This document shows positions 48,413-61,289 of a stretch of 64,000 nt of DNA, piece by piece. How positions within the stretch are numbered: position 1 is the first letter of the stretch; each line of letters begins with the position of its first letter. The translations under genes were made by a program, and so were the position numbers. This stretch comes from Felis catus (taxonomy: Eukaryota): the NCBI RefSeq assembly GCF_018350175.1, contig NC_058368.1:30010001-30074000 (forward strand), read 5' to 3'. Under the pieces are notes generated by a model. That model did no database searches, had not been told where the DNA came from, and was given only the letters and a program-made list of their open reading frames with translations.

Positions 48413-48869
48413 GCTTCCCCAACGGGGCGGTGAGACGGATATCATGCTCTCCATTTTTCAGAAAAGAAAACCAAGATCCAGTTAGGTTATACAAACATGT
48501 CACTAGGTCTGTTAGATTCCGAAGCCTATCTTCTTCATTACCATATTACCCTGGGAGTGTGTTTATTCTCATTTTGTCTTTTTTGGCTGTTTGTAAAATA
48601 GTGGCCAAAATCAAAGAATCCCTTCCCAAAAGTGCCACACGTAAACATTTGTCATGGGTGAACCCATCTGACAATTATCATAAGTGTTCTAGTGCCCAGG
48701 ATGACCAGGTAAGATGAGCATTTACAAAAAAATGTACGTTAACAGGGCTTACTCCAGTCTGTTATGGTGTGTCTGGGCCTTAATTCTGGGGATACAAGGA
48801 TGCTGGGATGGTGAGATAGGATGTCTGCCATCAAGGAGCACACTGTCTAAGAAAAATAGAGCAGTAATT

Positions 48870-49540
48870 TTAGTTCCAGACCATTTTATGTACTTTTCCA
48901 GATTTACTCAGCCCCACCTGCCCTCTTGGCCTTAGATGGTTGCTCAGTGGATGGCCTGGCCAACACTGCCATAGTCTGAATGCCACCGCCACCACCTGGG
49001 CTCAGCATGGGTTTCATTTTGTCCACCGGAGTGGAGGCCTTCGGGCTTCTCGGCTCAGATCTGACCTGACCAAACACACAAGGCCTGTGACTTCCCTGGC
49101 ACTTCTGGGCTCAGAGGTAGCCGTGCATCATTGGCCCTGGGCTGAGCTTCTCCAGAGGCTTCCCGGAGGGACCAGATGTCATAACTCAGAAGTGAGTGGG
49201 GAGGTGACACATTATGGGGGTGACCTTTGAGCAATGGTAGACAAGATTTGGAGGATCCTGGCTGATATATCCTCCTTTCCTGTCCACGTGGACTGTTCCA
49301 GGTATAGTGGTTCCACACAGGTGACTAGGAGGGGTGGAGAGTCATGTGACTGAATAGCTGACTATGTTTTCCAGGAAGATGTGGCCAGCTCAGTAACCCA
49401 CCACTTTGTTTATGCCTGTCCTCCTTCCTTTCCTCTCTCCCCTTCTCCCTCATGGTCGCTTCCCTGGAATTGCACCTCTGCAAAACGTTGGCCTCTCATC
49501 TTTGCCTCAGACTCATCTCTAGGGAGCCTAGGCAAAGATA
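48870..49540 (+). mobile_element. ERVL solo LTR (LTR16-like)
   Basis: gggggtgacctttgagcaatgg...cttccctggaattgcacctc...tttgcctcagactcatctctagggagcctaggcaaagata. Confidence 0.65.
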
Positions 49541-49620
49541 ATTACCTAAAGGTAAACAAATGCTAAAAAAAAAATTGTGATAATGGCATGTATAAAATAC
49601 TATTGGAGAGGGTTGCTAAA

Positions 49621-49647
49621 AATATAAAATATATACATATATATGGC

Positions 49648-49678
<31 letters not shown>
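49621..49678. repeat. (TA)n microsatellite
   Basis: Direct. Confidence 0.9.
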
Positions 49679-51374
49679 TCAAAGCCCAAACCTTCCATAC
49701 CTAACTCATTAATTTCTGAAATTAATTCCTAGGTGTTCCACACGCCGTGACGTGACAATATATCGTGATCCTCAGGTAACGTGTTTGCATTCTAAAAGAG
49801 ATCTCATTAAGTCAAAAGGATGAGTAGTATGTGTACTTCATACTGCATAGTGGGGTAGACGTGAAGGAGGAAGGAGACTCTCAAATCACATCCCATCGGG
49901 CACGGTCCACTTTCTCCCAACATGATAATCTTATGAGTAAGGCTTGCTACAGTAGAGATGTGACTTTATGTTCTAAGAGGTGTTAAAATTCCTTCAATTA
50001 CCAATATTGGCAAGGAAACAACTACACGTTGACTTCAATGGCACTAATGGGTGCCTTCTTTAAGAAAGATACTTATTATTATTATTATTACAAGACTATT
50101 TAAAAAAACCCACTTCATCCAGAAGATCTATAGTCCAATTGTATTAATCCCACTGCAAAGGCACAGGGAGATTCTGTTGAAATTAATAGAAAATGGCAAA
50201 ATAATACCTTATGTTAATGATTAACATATTAGGAAAGTTTAAAAAGCATACTTCTAGACTCAGAGTCTCTGAAATGAGTCTATGAACATGCATATGCTCA
50301 TATTTTTCAATGTGATTGTTTGGCAACTGCAGAATGGGTAAATTAGCTTCCTTTATTAAAAGAGAAGAAGTCTCCCAAATTGACTTTGGGAACTAAATCC
50401 CAAACTGCAAATAATTGAAAATAAAGGTTAAAAATGAATACGCTGATACAGCAGTCTCCTAGAACAGAGCGCATCATCACTATACAATTATAACTGGGTT
50501 TTCCAAGTGGAAGATTAAAAGAGAAACTCAGTTTTGACATTCTAGCCAAAAGGATTTTAGCAGAACCTTGTGGTAAAAATAAGGGCAAAGGTAAAATGGT
50601 GTGTTTACCCTAAAGCGTCTGAAAATCTTCACAGTAATTAGAAAAAGGGATTTTTTTTTTCCTATCAAGTTTTCATCTTCTCTCTTCTTGCTTAGAGACA
50701 GAATCATCTCGATGGAAAATTAGCAGTCACAGAGCAGTGTTCAATTTCACTAAATTATGGCACAATTCTGGTGCTGTATGTTATGAGGAGCCTTTAATGC
50801 CATTGCTGGAGGACAATCAGAGATTTTTCCAGTTCTTGGTAGTTGAATTGCAAAGGAGAATATTAATAAGATAAAATCCTGGGATGGGAAAATCTTTCAA
50901 CTCTGAAATTCTATGCCTGGAAGAATCGTAAGATAGCATTTTCTCATAAAGTACCTTTGCTTTGGAAGATCCACAATCCTGATTATTATTCAAACCTAAT
51001 TTCAGCTCAGAAAACTTAAGTGAAAGACAATCTTCAAGTTCTGAGGATTATAAAAGATGACAGGACGTATGTACTTTTGATCAAAAATGCACCAGGGGCA
51101 ACCGCTGCCCACCAAAAGACAGCTCAGAGAGGCTGTCAGTCAGAATAAGAGGGATGCAAGTCAGAGCAAATCACCGTGTCAGACTCCCGGGCAATGAAAC
51201 CATTACTCCTTAAATGCTGGGCAGTTAGGAAATGTTGCTGTACCGTGAAAATGACATTATGACATTCTCGGTTTGTTATTTCTCTTTAGTTTTCATTTAA
51301 CATTTATGTACTTGAAAAGGCAACCAAATTACACATTGTCCTGATTAGGGTTTGAAACCTAACGTAATGTTCAT

Positions 51375-51500
51375 CTCATTTTTCAACAAATATTTATCGA
51401 GTGCCTGCTATTTACCAGGCCCTATGCTAGGTCCTGGGGCTCACAAAATGATTGGATCTTGATTCCTATTGTGTAGTAGCTTACGGTCCAGTGGGATAGG
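51375..51500 (-). mobile_element. L2 3' end fragment
   Basis: ttcaacaaatatttatcgagtgcctgctatttaccaggccctatgctaggtcctgggg. Confidence 0.75.
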
Positions 51501-52457
51501 AGAGTTGGAGGTATACTTGGAGATCATCTAATTTTATAGCTCAGAACCCTTGGGCCCCAAGAGAGTTAGGGACCTATTAAAGGCCACCTGGCTTGTTGGA
51601 AACAGAGGTGAGATGATTCATGGCCTCTGATTTCCACAACAGAGCTGTTTCGAATTCTTCATTCATTTATTTACTCATTAAAACATATTCATCGAGTGTG
51701 TACTCTGGGCCATTTATGTTCTCCCCCTCCTGGAGGTTACAATTTTATCAGGGAAGGTGAATATCAAAATGGTGAAGAATGTACAAATTCCTTAAGCTAT
51801 AACTTTAATGTATAAATAATGTCACTTAATATTCTAGTAAGTAAATTTACACAGTATTTCAATCATTCCCTGCTACTGATGGCAGAATATTTAACATGAT
51901 CAGTCTCAGGTGAATCCTATTTTTTTTTTCCACTCTTTCCTTCTCCTCATGGTTGATATTAAGTTGCCCTTAGAACGTACGGATTGTTGTGGGCCCCATC
52001 TGGTCCCAGATCGTCATTAACCAATGCGGGCAAGAGATGTCTGATTATCCCCATCCTTGATCCTCTTCATCAATCCTTTTGGCATTTACTGAGATACCCA
52101 TCAACACCTCTGGTCTACACTGCCTGGATTCCAGCAGTGAAGTTTCAGAAGACTCTGTCTTCTCTTCCGCAAAATTTTTTTAAAACATTGTTTTTAGTAT
52201 CCTCTTAGACTGGAAAATTCACTCCTATCTTGCCTTTTTCTGAATTTTTTGCCTAAGTCATAAGTATTATGCCTCTAAGTTCTTTAGGGCTTTTGTCTTT
52301 TGATAGTCAAATGCCAGGATATTTAGTTTCCAAATTTAATTCCTTTAAGCCATCATCATAGAAACGATTGTTGAAAAACTACTTTGAAACTCAAAAACTA
52401 ATTGACCCCTTTCTCTTTTAGCATCCTAGTCTGAGGGCAGTGGTAAGAGTAGGGTAG

Positions 52458-52755
52458 TATGCTGGTTACTTATTGCTCAAAACAAAAATACTTGTTATGT
52501 CTCATGGTTTTTGTGGGTCAGGCATTCAGAGAGGGCGCAATGAGGACAAGTTATCTCTCTTCCTGTGTCTGGGGCCTCAGCTGAAAGTCATCAACATTGT
52601 GGGGCCGAGATCATCGTAAAGCTTATAAATGCAGTATCTGGAGGTTGCTGTTGGCTGGGGGCCTAGCTGGTGAGGCCAGCCGGAAGACCCTCACGTGGCC
52701 ACATCATGTGCCATGGGCTTTATCAGAACATGGTGGCTGGGTTCCAGGGGCAAGA

Positions 52756-52802
<47 letters not shown>

Positions 52803-53008
52803 CAGGCAGAAGCCATATTGCTCTTTATGACAAGCCTCATCAGTCACATGGTGTCCTTTCATTGGTTGAGGAAATTACAAAGGTCCACCTGCATTCAAGG
52901 AGAGAGAACACTGATCCCACCTCTGGATGGGGAGGCTTGTCCATGCCACACTGTGAGCATATGGACATATATTGGTATGGCCATCTAGGGAAAACATAAT
53001 CTGCCACA
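52458..53008 (-). mobile_element. ERVL-MaLR solo LTR (MLT1F/G/H-like) with internal (GA)n
   Basis: tctcatggtttttgtgggtcaggcattc...tctggggcctcagctg...aacatggtggctgggttcca...ataatctgccaca. Confidence 0.85.
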
Positions 53009-53206
53009 AGGGGGTTAGCAGAAAATACAGGGAATGAAAAACACTGGGTAACGCATCACAATATTATTTTGTCGCATTTGGTCTGCAGCTGATGGCCATC
53101 AACCACGTGTGCAGATGTGGCCAAAAGGAAGGAAAGCGTGTATTGATGGAGAATCAAAGTGTGTGTGATTGGTTCTTTGAAAAAATGTCTCAGAGTATTC
53201 GTGTCC

Positions 53207-53265
53207 AGCTATTTTTGTCCCACTAAGGAGTGCGGTTTCTAGCTATTTGTGTCCCACTGAGGAGC
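53207..53265. repeat. Diverged 34-bp-period tandem duplication
   Basis: agctatttttgtcccactaaggag (53207) / agctatttgtgtcccactgaggag (53241). Confidence 0.8.
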
Positions 53266-54071
53266 GAGCTTTGCCCTACCATTCGCAAACTAGTTGTGAT
53301 TATCACTAGAGGCCCTCCTTCTGTGGGTTACCCTCTCACTACTTTCCCCAGGGACTGAGTGTGTTTATGTTGGATTTTCCCACTCCTATCACCAATTCCT
53401 GCCAGTTCCCCCTTCTTCCCTTTTCTATATAATAATCTAATGGTTCAGCCTTTTGCTGGGGGAATTAATTGGGTTATCATGTCCTTAACTAATAATAGCT
53501 TTTTTTTTCCCCATGAATTTTAACAGCTGCCTAATTGAAGTATCCAAATGGAATAACTAATAATGAGAAACTTAGGCTTTTAAAGCCTGACTGCAGGGCT
53601 CAAGGATGAGACCAGGGCGGGCTGGGCAGAGCAGCTCAATAGCTCCTAATCATGCCATGCAGATGCCCATCTGTGTGGCCTGCACCCAGGGCTGACCTGC
53701 TTTCAGGAAGCTTAATTAGCAAGATGAGAAGAATTGCCTCCTTTCCATGCTTGGGTGAAGGCGTTGATCTAGCAGAACAGTAGAGCCTAGCTACTCTCCT
53801 CTTTATTAGTATATATATTTTAAATGAAATAATGTTATTATTTTATTCTGGTCATAAAATGAATTCTTGCCTACTTTCAAAAAGCTACACATTTCTGGAA
53901 TTGCAGAGAAAAAAGAAAAACTGTGTGAAAACTTATCATCCAGATTTAACTCTTAAAACGTTTTGGGAAATGTTCTTCCATATATTTCTGTATGCGTGGT
54001 TACCTAGAGCTATACTTATACATGACTTTGTTTACATATACTATACATCCTGTTCTGTATCCTGTTTTGTA

Positions 54072-54603
54072 TCCTCTCCTAGGTATCTATCCAAAAGAAA
54101 GGGGAGCATGTCTAGACAATGATTTGTACATGGATGTTAATAACAGCTTTATTTGCAATTGCCCCCAACTGGAAACAATTCAAATGTCTATCAACAGGTG
54201 AATGGCTGAAGAAATTGTGGTATATCCATTCAGTATAATACCACTAAGTAATATAAAAGAAAGAACCATTGATACAACAATGTGGATAAATATCAAAATA
54301 ATTATGCTGAGTGAAAGCATCCAGCACTCCTTCCCCCCAAAAGACCCTCAAGTACGTACTGTGTGATTCCATTCATATAAGATTCTAGAAAATATAAACT
54401 AATCTGGGAATGAGGGTTGGGGCAGCTGGGGCAGGGGTGGGAAGGAGAGATTGCAAAGGTGCATGAAGGAACTTTTGGGAAGGATAGAATTGTTCATTAT
54501 CTTGATTGCAGTGATGGTTTCTTGGTTGTATACAGATGTCGAAAGTCATCAAATTATACAAGTACAGGCAACTTATTGTATGTCAATCATACCTCAATAA
54601 AAA
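54072..54603 (+). mobile_element. L1MC/MD-like 3' end
   Basis: ctcctaggtatctatccaaaagaaa...aactggaaacaattcaaatgtctatcaacaggtgaatgg...tatcttgattgcagtgatggtttc...atacctcaataaa. Confidence 0.85.
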
Positions 54604-55744
54604 ACACCAAGTCAACAAAAGGGAAACAAAACCAGAATCAACAAGAAAGGAAGTCTGTAGGGTGGATAAAAAAAAGAAATTGGAACATAACCTTGAGGAA
54701 GGGAGACCAGTTAGGAGATGACTGTAGACTTGCGAAAGATTATAGGAATCTGAATGAGTCTGGGTAGGGGTGCCCGCTTGGCTTTGCTCTACTTTTGTTC
54801 TGGGACATATGCTTCTAGGAACTGAAGTGCTGTGGGCTGCAGAAGGACGCTTTGAACTTGTGTGATAGTGGAGGACACCAGCCTTTCTTCATCTCAGTCT
54901 CCACTATAGGTTAGGCATAATTTTAGACATTTGTAGTAGTGGTGAATAAGACAAATATCTTCTGGGCTCTAAAGGCTACCATGCTAGTAGGAGACCAAAA
55001 AATAATATGTCAGGTTAACTGCTATGAAGAAAAAGCAGGGTAAGGGGCCAATTAATGGATGGGCATTGGGTATGAGAACCATTCCAGTGAGGTATTTAAT
55101 AAAGGCCCCTCCAGAATGGTGAGCTCAGGTCTGCATGAAGTGGTGAAAGAGGTTAGTTGAGATCAGGGACAAGTATCCTAGGCTGGGAGACAGGCAAGCG
55201 CAAAGGTCTTGAGGTGGCAATGGAAGTGGCTTGTCAAGGAGAAGGCTGGAAAGAGTACAGAGCACAATAGCAGAAGCTTAAGTAGGTTCTTGAACTGCCG
55301 CCATCGTGTGCGCAAACCAGCTCGCTGGTAATTTATACTGGGCATTTCCTCTTACAACAATGTTCATGCTAGAATGTTGAAAAGTTTAAGTGCTGTTTGA
55401 AATACTATTAGGTTGGCTGTAGCTTGGATTCTGTTTCCTAGGCCGTCTCCACCCTCTTTTCTTTTTGCAAGGTTGGGGTCGGTTATGGCATTTGTTTTAA
55501 TGGGATTTAATCTACATTTCATTAGGGTCGAAGATGTGAGAAAAGTCTTATGGAGGTGTCTTCATTTATCGTGTACCCTAATGCCCAATGCTGGGTCGAA
55601 TCCCACAATTAAAACAAACCTAAGTATGACTGAGAATTGGATAATCACTAATGGTTGACAAATTAAGATCATTGACACATCTCTATAACATCTGCTTCAA
55701 AAAATATGGCATTAAAAGGGAGCAACAGACATTTTTTGGTCACC

Positions 55745-55900
55745 TCTTGTGAGGCGAGCATTTCTACCTGTCTTAATTCATTCTCTCAGCAATCCTCTTA
55801 TTAACACTATTTTGCAGCTATAGAAACTAAATAACTTGTCCAAGGTCACACGGCTAGTAAATGCCAGAGTTAGGATTTCAAGTCACGTCTGCTGCCTCCT
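55745..55900 (-). mobile_element. MIR fragment
   Basis: aaataacttgtccaaggtcacacggctagtaaatgccagagttaggatttcaa. Confidence 0.75.
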
Positions 55901-58849
55901 GCTTGGAACTCCTGTCGCTGTACCACGTCAGTGTTTAGTGCTATGCCTCAACGTACATAAAGCCATGCTGTCAGGGACTGAATAGAGAGGCAGTCCTTTT
56001 AAGAAAGCAAACAACTTCCTTGAGAAAGAAGCCTCAAGGCTTTATCTCTTGACTGTCAGACCTATCTGTCTGAATGTTCCGGAAGAGCCCGTGTCCGGCT
56101 CAGCCATTTCTCCCTTCCCAGAAGGATTCTCCAAAGGGACTGGGAGCAGAAGGAGGCTGAGGGAAGTGGCTGGGTCAGCTGGGTATGATTGAACACTGTG
56201 CCAGTATCGAAGACCTGATAGAAATCTGGGGCCTCTGGGCACTCGATTTTTAAAGTAATCCTGTCAGTTCCCTAATAATAGTAATAAATTAACCAAACAG
56301 TGGATTCAGTGGTATTTTATGTCCTAAGGGTATTGCTTTCACACTTCAACTTGATAGCATGATTTATCAAGAGATAAATTACAGCTGGGAACGAATGGAT
56401 TTACTGGTGTCAGAGAGACGACAAGTATATTCCGAAGATGTTACCAGTGACGGGCATATACCTGACAAGCATACTTGAAAATCCCCCAACAAAAAGCTTC
56501 TCTTCAAAGGCTGAATAACTTTAATCTTCACTTTAGATGTAGGTTATTGCAAGGACAGAAGGATTTTGATGGTATAATTAGCCCCTTCCCAAATCATTAT
56601 GACCCAAAAGTACTAATTACATTTATCTTTGGAGATGGGGTTACGTAGCCAAGCCTTTTCTCAAGCCCATCAGGACGATAAGTAAATAAATGAATGTGGG
56701 GGTTATGCTACTCTAAATGAACGTCTAACTGCCAGCTCCCCCCAATCCTCCACTGCCAATCGGCCGTTACCACGTGTCTGTCGTTCTCATGTCAGTGCAC
56801 ATGATGAAGATAGAGTTTTCTTGTTGGATTTGCTTACTGAGCAAGACAACCTCATCTTTGGATGTAAGGGAAAGTGGAATTACTTCCAAGATGTTGCTCA
56901 AAAGAGGATCCAGAAAGCAGAACTGAGAAAGAAAGCGCAGGTACAGGGTAGGGATGGCCTGAGCTCTCAAGGTTAGATGAGGACTCCTTGGAGATGTGAG
57001 AAGATGGCCCCCTCCACATGGAGACAGACCCAGAAGTGCGAGCTGAGAGTGCATCCTGCCTTGTAAATCCATAGATGCATATGGGGCTCTCTCTAGAATG
57101 TAACTTTAAGAAAAAGCGTATTAGAAGAATTCATGGTGACTCATGGTCTAATGAATGTGTTCTCAAAGTCTTTTTTGAGTCTTTTATGAGAAGCATGAAA
57201 ATGGGCTTATTTTGGGGGGGGCAGGAGTGGTGAGGAGAAGTAGGGGTAGGGTAGGATGTGCGCTCTTAGTGCTTAACAGTATCTTGAAAAATAACTCTAA
57301 GCTTGGGGTATTTACCTCATAGACGAAACAAGTTAAGTGTGGGTTGAGCCTTGCACATTCAAAACATGTCTTTAAAACAAATTCCAAAGTCTGGGAACTG
57401 TACAATTAATAGACAAACATGTAATATTTTGCCCAAAAAATTAACACAAAAAAATTATTAGGAAAAATAGATGTAGAAATAAGATTTAACTTCAAAAGTA
57501 AGCAAGCAGATAAGCTCATTAATGAGTGGTCCACTCAAGAAGCAAATAGGATTTAAAATGTTCCCAGCTTTTGGGTGGTTTAAAGCTAGCCATAACTAGA
57601 CAACTATGTACACAGATTAAAAGAAAATGGTGCAATGCCGTTTCTTGTTAAATCCCTTTAAAGTTTTCCAATAGCCTGAAGCATTTGTCAAAATCCCAGG
57701 GAGGTGCAACAAAGAACTATTTTAAACCTCCAAATTCAGGGCACCTGAAGAAGTAAAGGTGCATGCCATTTTCCCTCTTGGGGATAAATAGCTTTGCCGT
57801 ATATAAAATTGTGAAAACTGTTATAAACATACTACACTTTCTTATCACATAGTCTATGTGGATCTCTCTAGACCTGGATAAATTTTTTTTTATTGTAAAA
57901 TATTTAAGCTGCTTCATATATCTTTTGAAATTATTTTTTCTGGCCAAATTCTGAGTAGGTTTTTATAGGGGAAAAAAAAAAATCAAGTGCGAGTCAGAAC
58001 TCCTGGACTCTGGGGAGACATCTGGTTTTCAGAATCAATCTCTAAGATGGAACCTCACAACCTTGGACATCTGACTTCCAGTTAAATCCTCCAATAAAAC
58101 CCTAAGAGCCAGAGAAATCATCTTTAACATGCATTCTTCATACTGTCTTAGAGAGTGTGTGCCTATGGGCAAACGTGAGAGGCAGCACAGAACCGGACAG
58201 GGGCTTAAATCTTTCTTAAATCTTAAATGTGACCTGAGAGTCAGAGTCATGGACGTGGAGGTGAATTTTGATAGGTGTCCAAAGCAACTGTTGGCCTAGG
58301 TGCTCTTACGGTCACCCACACTTCTAGTGGACAAGGTGTGCCAGTGCTAATATTGGGAAGCAGGTCAACCTAAACCAACTGTATTCAAATTAAGATAGAG
58401 AACCCACATGTGGCCATGTGCCAGCCTCCTGTACTGCCATTTCTCAACTCCACACTCCGTCAGATGCAGGAAGGCAAGGCAAGAGTGTGAACCCCTCCAT
58501 CTCTTCTGTTATCACCCTTCCTTTGAGGCCCAATTTAGCCCAAGGGGTAAGGAAAGGGAAACTACCGGTAATATTTATTTTGTCCTACCCAAAAACATAC
58601 TGCCCTTGTTTTTCATCTTTTTTTTGGGGGGGGGGGTGGGGGACCAATGACACAACTATTTGTGTTTTGTTTTATTTTGTTTTAGAACAGTGGTTTCAAT
58701 TTTTTTCTACCTTCAGTTTGTTGAAGCAAAAGTTGCTATGAGTCACAAACTTGGTCTGCTTTATATTAACACTTAAATATATTGCATTTAAAAAATTATA
58801 CTGGAGGAATAATTTGGAAGCAGTGGCACCATTTTTATGGGAAACATAG

Positions 58850-59548
58850 CATATAGATAGAAAAACATGCACTTTGATGGTTTTTTACAAAGTACAAACT
58901 AAATATCCCACGAAAGCCCTACCCAGGTAAAGAAATAAAAAATTACCAGACCCCAGAAGATTCTCTGTGCTCATTTCACTTCCTATCCTGACAAGGCTGA
59001 TCATTTTTTGTTTCATCATTCTGATTTCTATCATCACTATTTGGATTGGTCATTTTTTTTTTTTTTTTTAAGAAAACGTTTCCTCAAATAAGTGGAATCA
59101 TACAGTATATAGGCTTTTTTTTGTCTGGCTTCTTTCATTCAACACTGAGGTTCTAAGAGTCCATGTTGTTGGGAGCAATAGTTCATTCGTTTTCATTGCT
59201 CTAGCATTTCACTGGATGAACATACCACAGTTCATTTATCCTTTCTACTGTGGATGAACATTTGGGTTGTTCACAGTTTTTGCCTATTATGAATAATGTT
59301 GTTATGAGCATTCTTGTATATATCTTGTGGTGAACATAGGTACTATCTCGGTTGGTTACATACTTAGTGGAATTCAATGGGCCAAAGAGTATGCATATGT
59401 TCAATATTAGCAGATACTAAACAGTCGTCCAACATTTCCATTTAATAATGGCAGTTAACACTCTGGTCTGAGAGTTTTGATTGCTCTACATTCTCATCAT
59501 GACTTGACATTGTATCTTTGACATTTTACCCATTCTGGTAGCTGTGTG
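58850..59548 (-). mobile_element. L1ME/MD-like 3' fragment
   Basis: gtggaatcatacagtat...tgtctggcttctttcattcaac...gatgaacatttgggttgtt...gagcattcttgtata. Confidence 0.85.
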
Positions 59549-60137
59549 AATGACACCATTTCTGAGAATATACACTGTAAAATGTAGTAAGTTAGAAATA
59601 AAATAACATGTATTTTCACGTTTCAGAGATTAAATAACGTCCTGAGAGAGACAAATAAGTGGATGGCCTCGCTGGGGAGTACTGGTGACAGATCACTTCT
59701 GAATGAACAATGTTTTAAGGATAGCTGGTTTTAATTATTTGTTAAAAGAAGTGCAGAGTGTAGGATTCAAAATGTAGGATTGTAGAATTAGAAAAAAAAA
59801 CCTTTTTTTTACTGTATTTTGTGTTTCATGGGCATTTTGAAGAATTGTGATCAATACCCCAGTGTAGGCAATTTGACCACTGGTTAATCTACATCAGCAC
59901 AAAAAAAGTGCAGCAAAAGGGAGCCTGTTCATATGCTAAATACTCTGAAGCATTTTTCCCTGAGGTAATCTAGATTCTGCTGTCATTTATTAATTCACCT
60001 TCCATTATTCCTACAAGCTCAGAGAGTTTTTGAAGGAAGTCTACATGTGTTTTTTTAAATTTATTTGTTGCATTAGAACTATTAACATTTGTCTTTCATT
60101 GCTCTAAAATCACACTAAACATATTCACGAAATACCT

Positions 60138-60173
60138 GGTTCTGTGGAACCAGGAGGTTCTGTGGAACCAGGA
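60138..60173. repeat. Exact 18-bp tandem duplication of a palindromic unit
   Basis: ggttctgtggaaccagga x2; the first copy sits within cctggttc-tgtg-gaaccagg. Confidence 0.95.
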
Positions 60174-60204
60174 CCACGGAGCAAAATCTGACCCCAACCG
60201 TTCG

Positions 60205-61260
60205 TTAAGAAAGTTTGGGTGGCAGTAACTAATTAATTGGCCAAAGGTACATCAAACAAAGTGTTTATTTCCCTCACATAGTGAGAGAGAGAGACTTGCT
60301 GGTTTTTAAGTAAGACTTGTTTACCAGCTGGTTGTGTTTATTTATTGTTCCAGCCGCTCAGCAGTATCTTTAAGCATCCAGCTTTCGGTCATTCTGTTGT
60401 GTCACCCTTAACGCACCAACTCTCACACTCATGTTTGTTGCCTCATGGTGGCAAGATGGCTGCTATTCTTCAGGCATTACACCAATACCTAAGGAGGAAA
60501 AGAGGAAAAGAAAGGGTGGTTCCAGCCTTATATTTCTCATTTATCTGGAAAGGTAAAGAGCCTGCAGAAGACTTCTGCGTATACCTATGTACTAGTAATC
60601 TATTGTTGTGGAACAAGTAACCTCCAAAACAGTGGCAAAACAACAAAAATGACAACCACGAGACTACTGCAGGGGATAAATAAAGTGAAAACAAATGCTG
60701 ATTAATTATTGTTTCACAGTTTCTGTGGATCAGGAATGCCATGGAGGCTTAGCTGGTGGGTCTGGCCCAGGGTCTCTCATGAAGTTCCAGTTAAGATGCT
60801 GGTAGGGGCTGCCATCGTGTGAAGGCATGACCAGGCTTGAGGATCCACTTCTGAGATGGTTCACTGCCAATATGGCAGTTGGCAGGACACCTCAGTTACC
60901 CACCACGTGGGTGTCTCCCATAGTCTCTGTGTTGTATCCTTTCAACATGGCAGGTGGCTTCCCCTAGAGCAAGCAGTCCAAGAGAGAGCAAGACAGAAAT
61001 CACATTACTGTATAAACTAGCCTTGCAAGACTAACACTGTCCCTTCCACCCTTTGGGGAGAAGAGTACCAAAGAATTTGTGAGCATATTTTTAAGCCATC
61101 ACTGCCTCGTTGGTCAAAACTGATTCATTTGTTTAGTCTAATTACAGCAGAGTCTGGGAAATAAATTTATCGTCAGAGGCTATGGCCATTCTTCCCTTGA
61201 AAAAACAGGAGCCCTACTGGCAGGAAGAAAGGGAAAAGGAATATTGATTGGGATTGCAAC
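60205..61260 (-). mobile_element. ERVL-MaLR solo LTR (MLT1J/K-like), interrupted by a second MLT1
   Basis: gcctcatggtggcaagatggctgct...agaagacttctg | cctcgttggtcaaaactg...gtctgggaaa. Confidence 0.65.
60588..61102 (-). mobile_element. ERVL-MaLR solo LTR (MLT1F/G-like), nested
   Basis: tgtactagtaatctattgttg...tcacagtttctgtggatcaggaat...ggcttagctggtgggtctggcccagggtctctcatga...ttttaagccatcac; 5-bp TSD-like tacct/tgcct. Confidence 0.8.
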
Positions 61261-61289
61261 TAGCTCATGAATGTATGTAATGTATGTAT

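Noticed and set aside
8691..60173. Short direct repeats (8691, 15002, 25742, 53207, 60138) considered as CRISPR-like arrays
   Set aside because: Only 2-5 adjacent copies without unique spacers, in mammalian DNA with no cas genes; these are ordinary slippage duplications.
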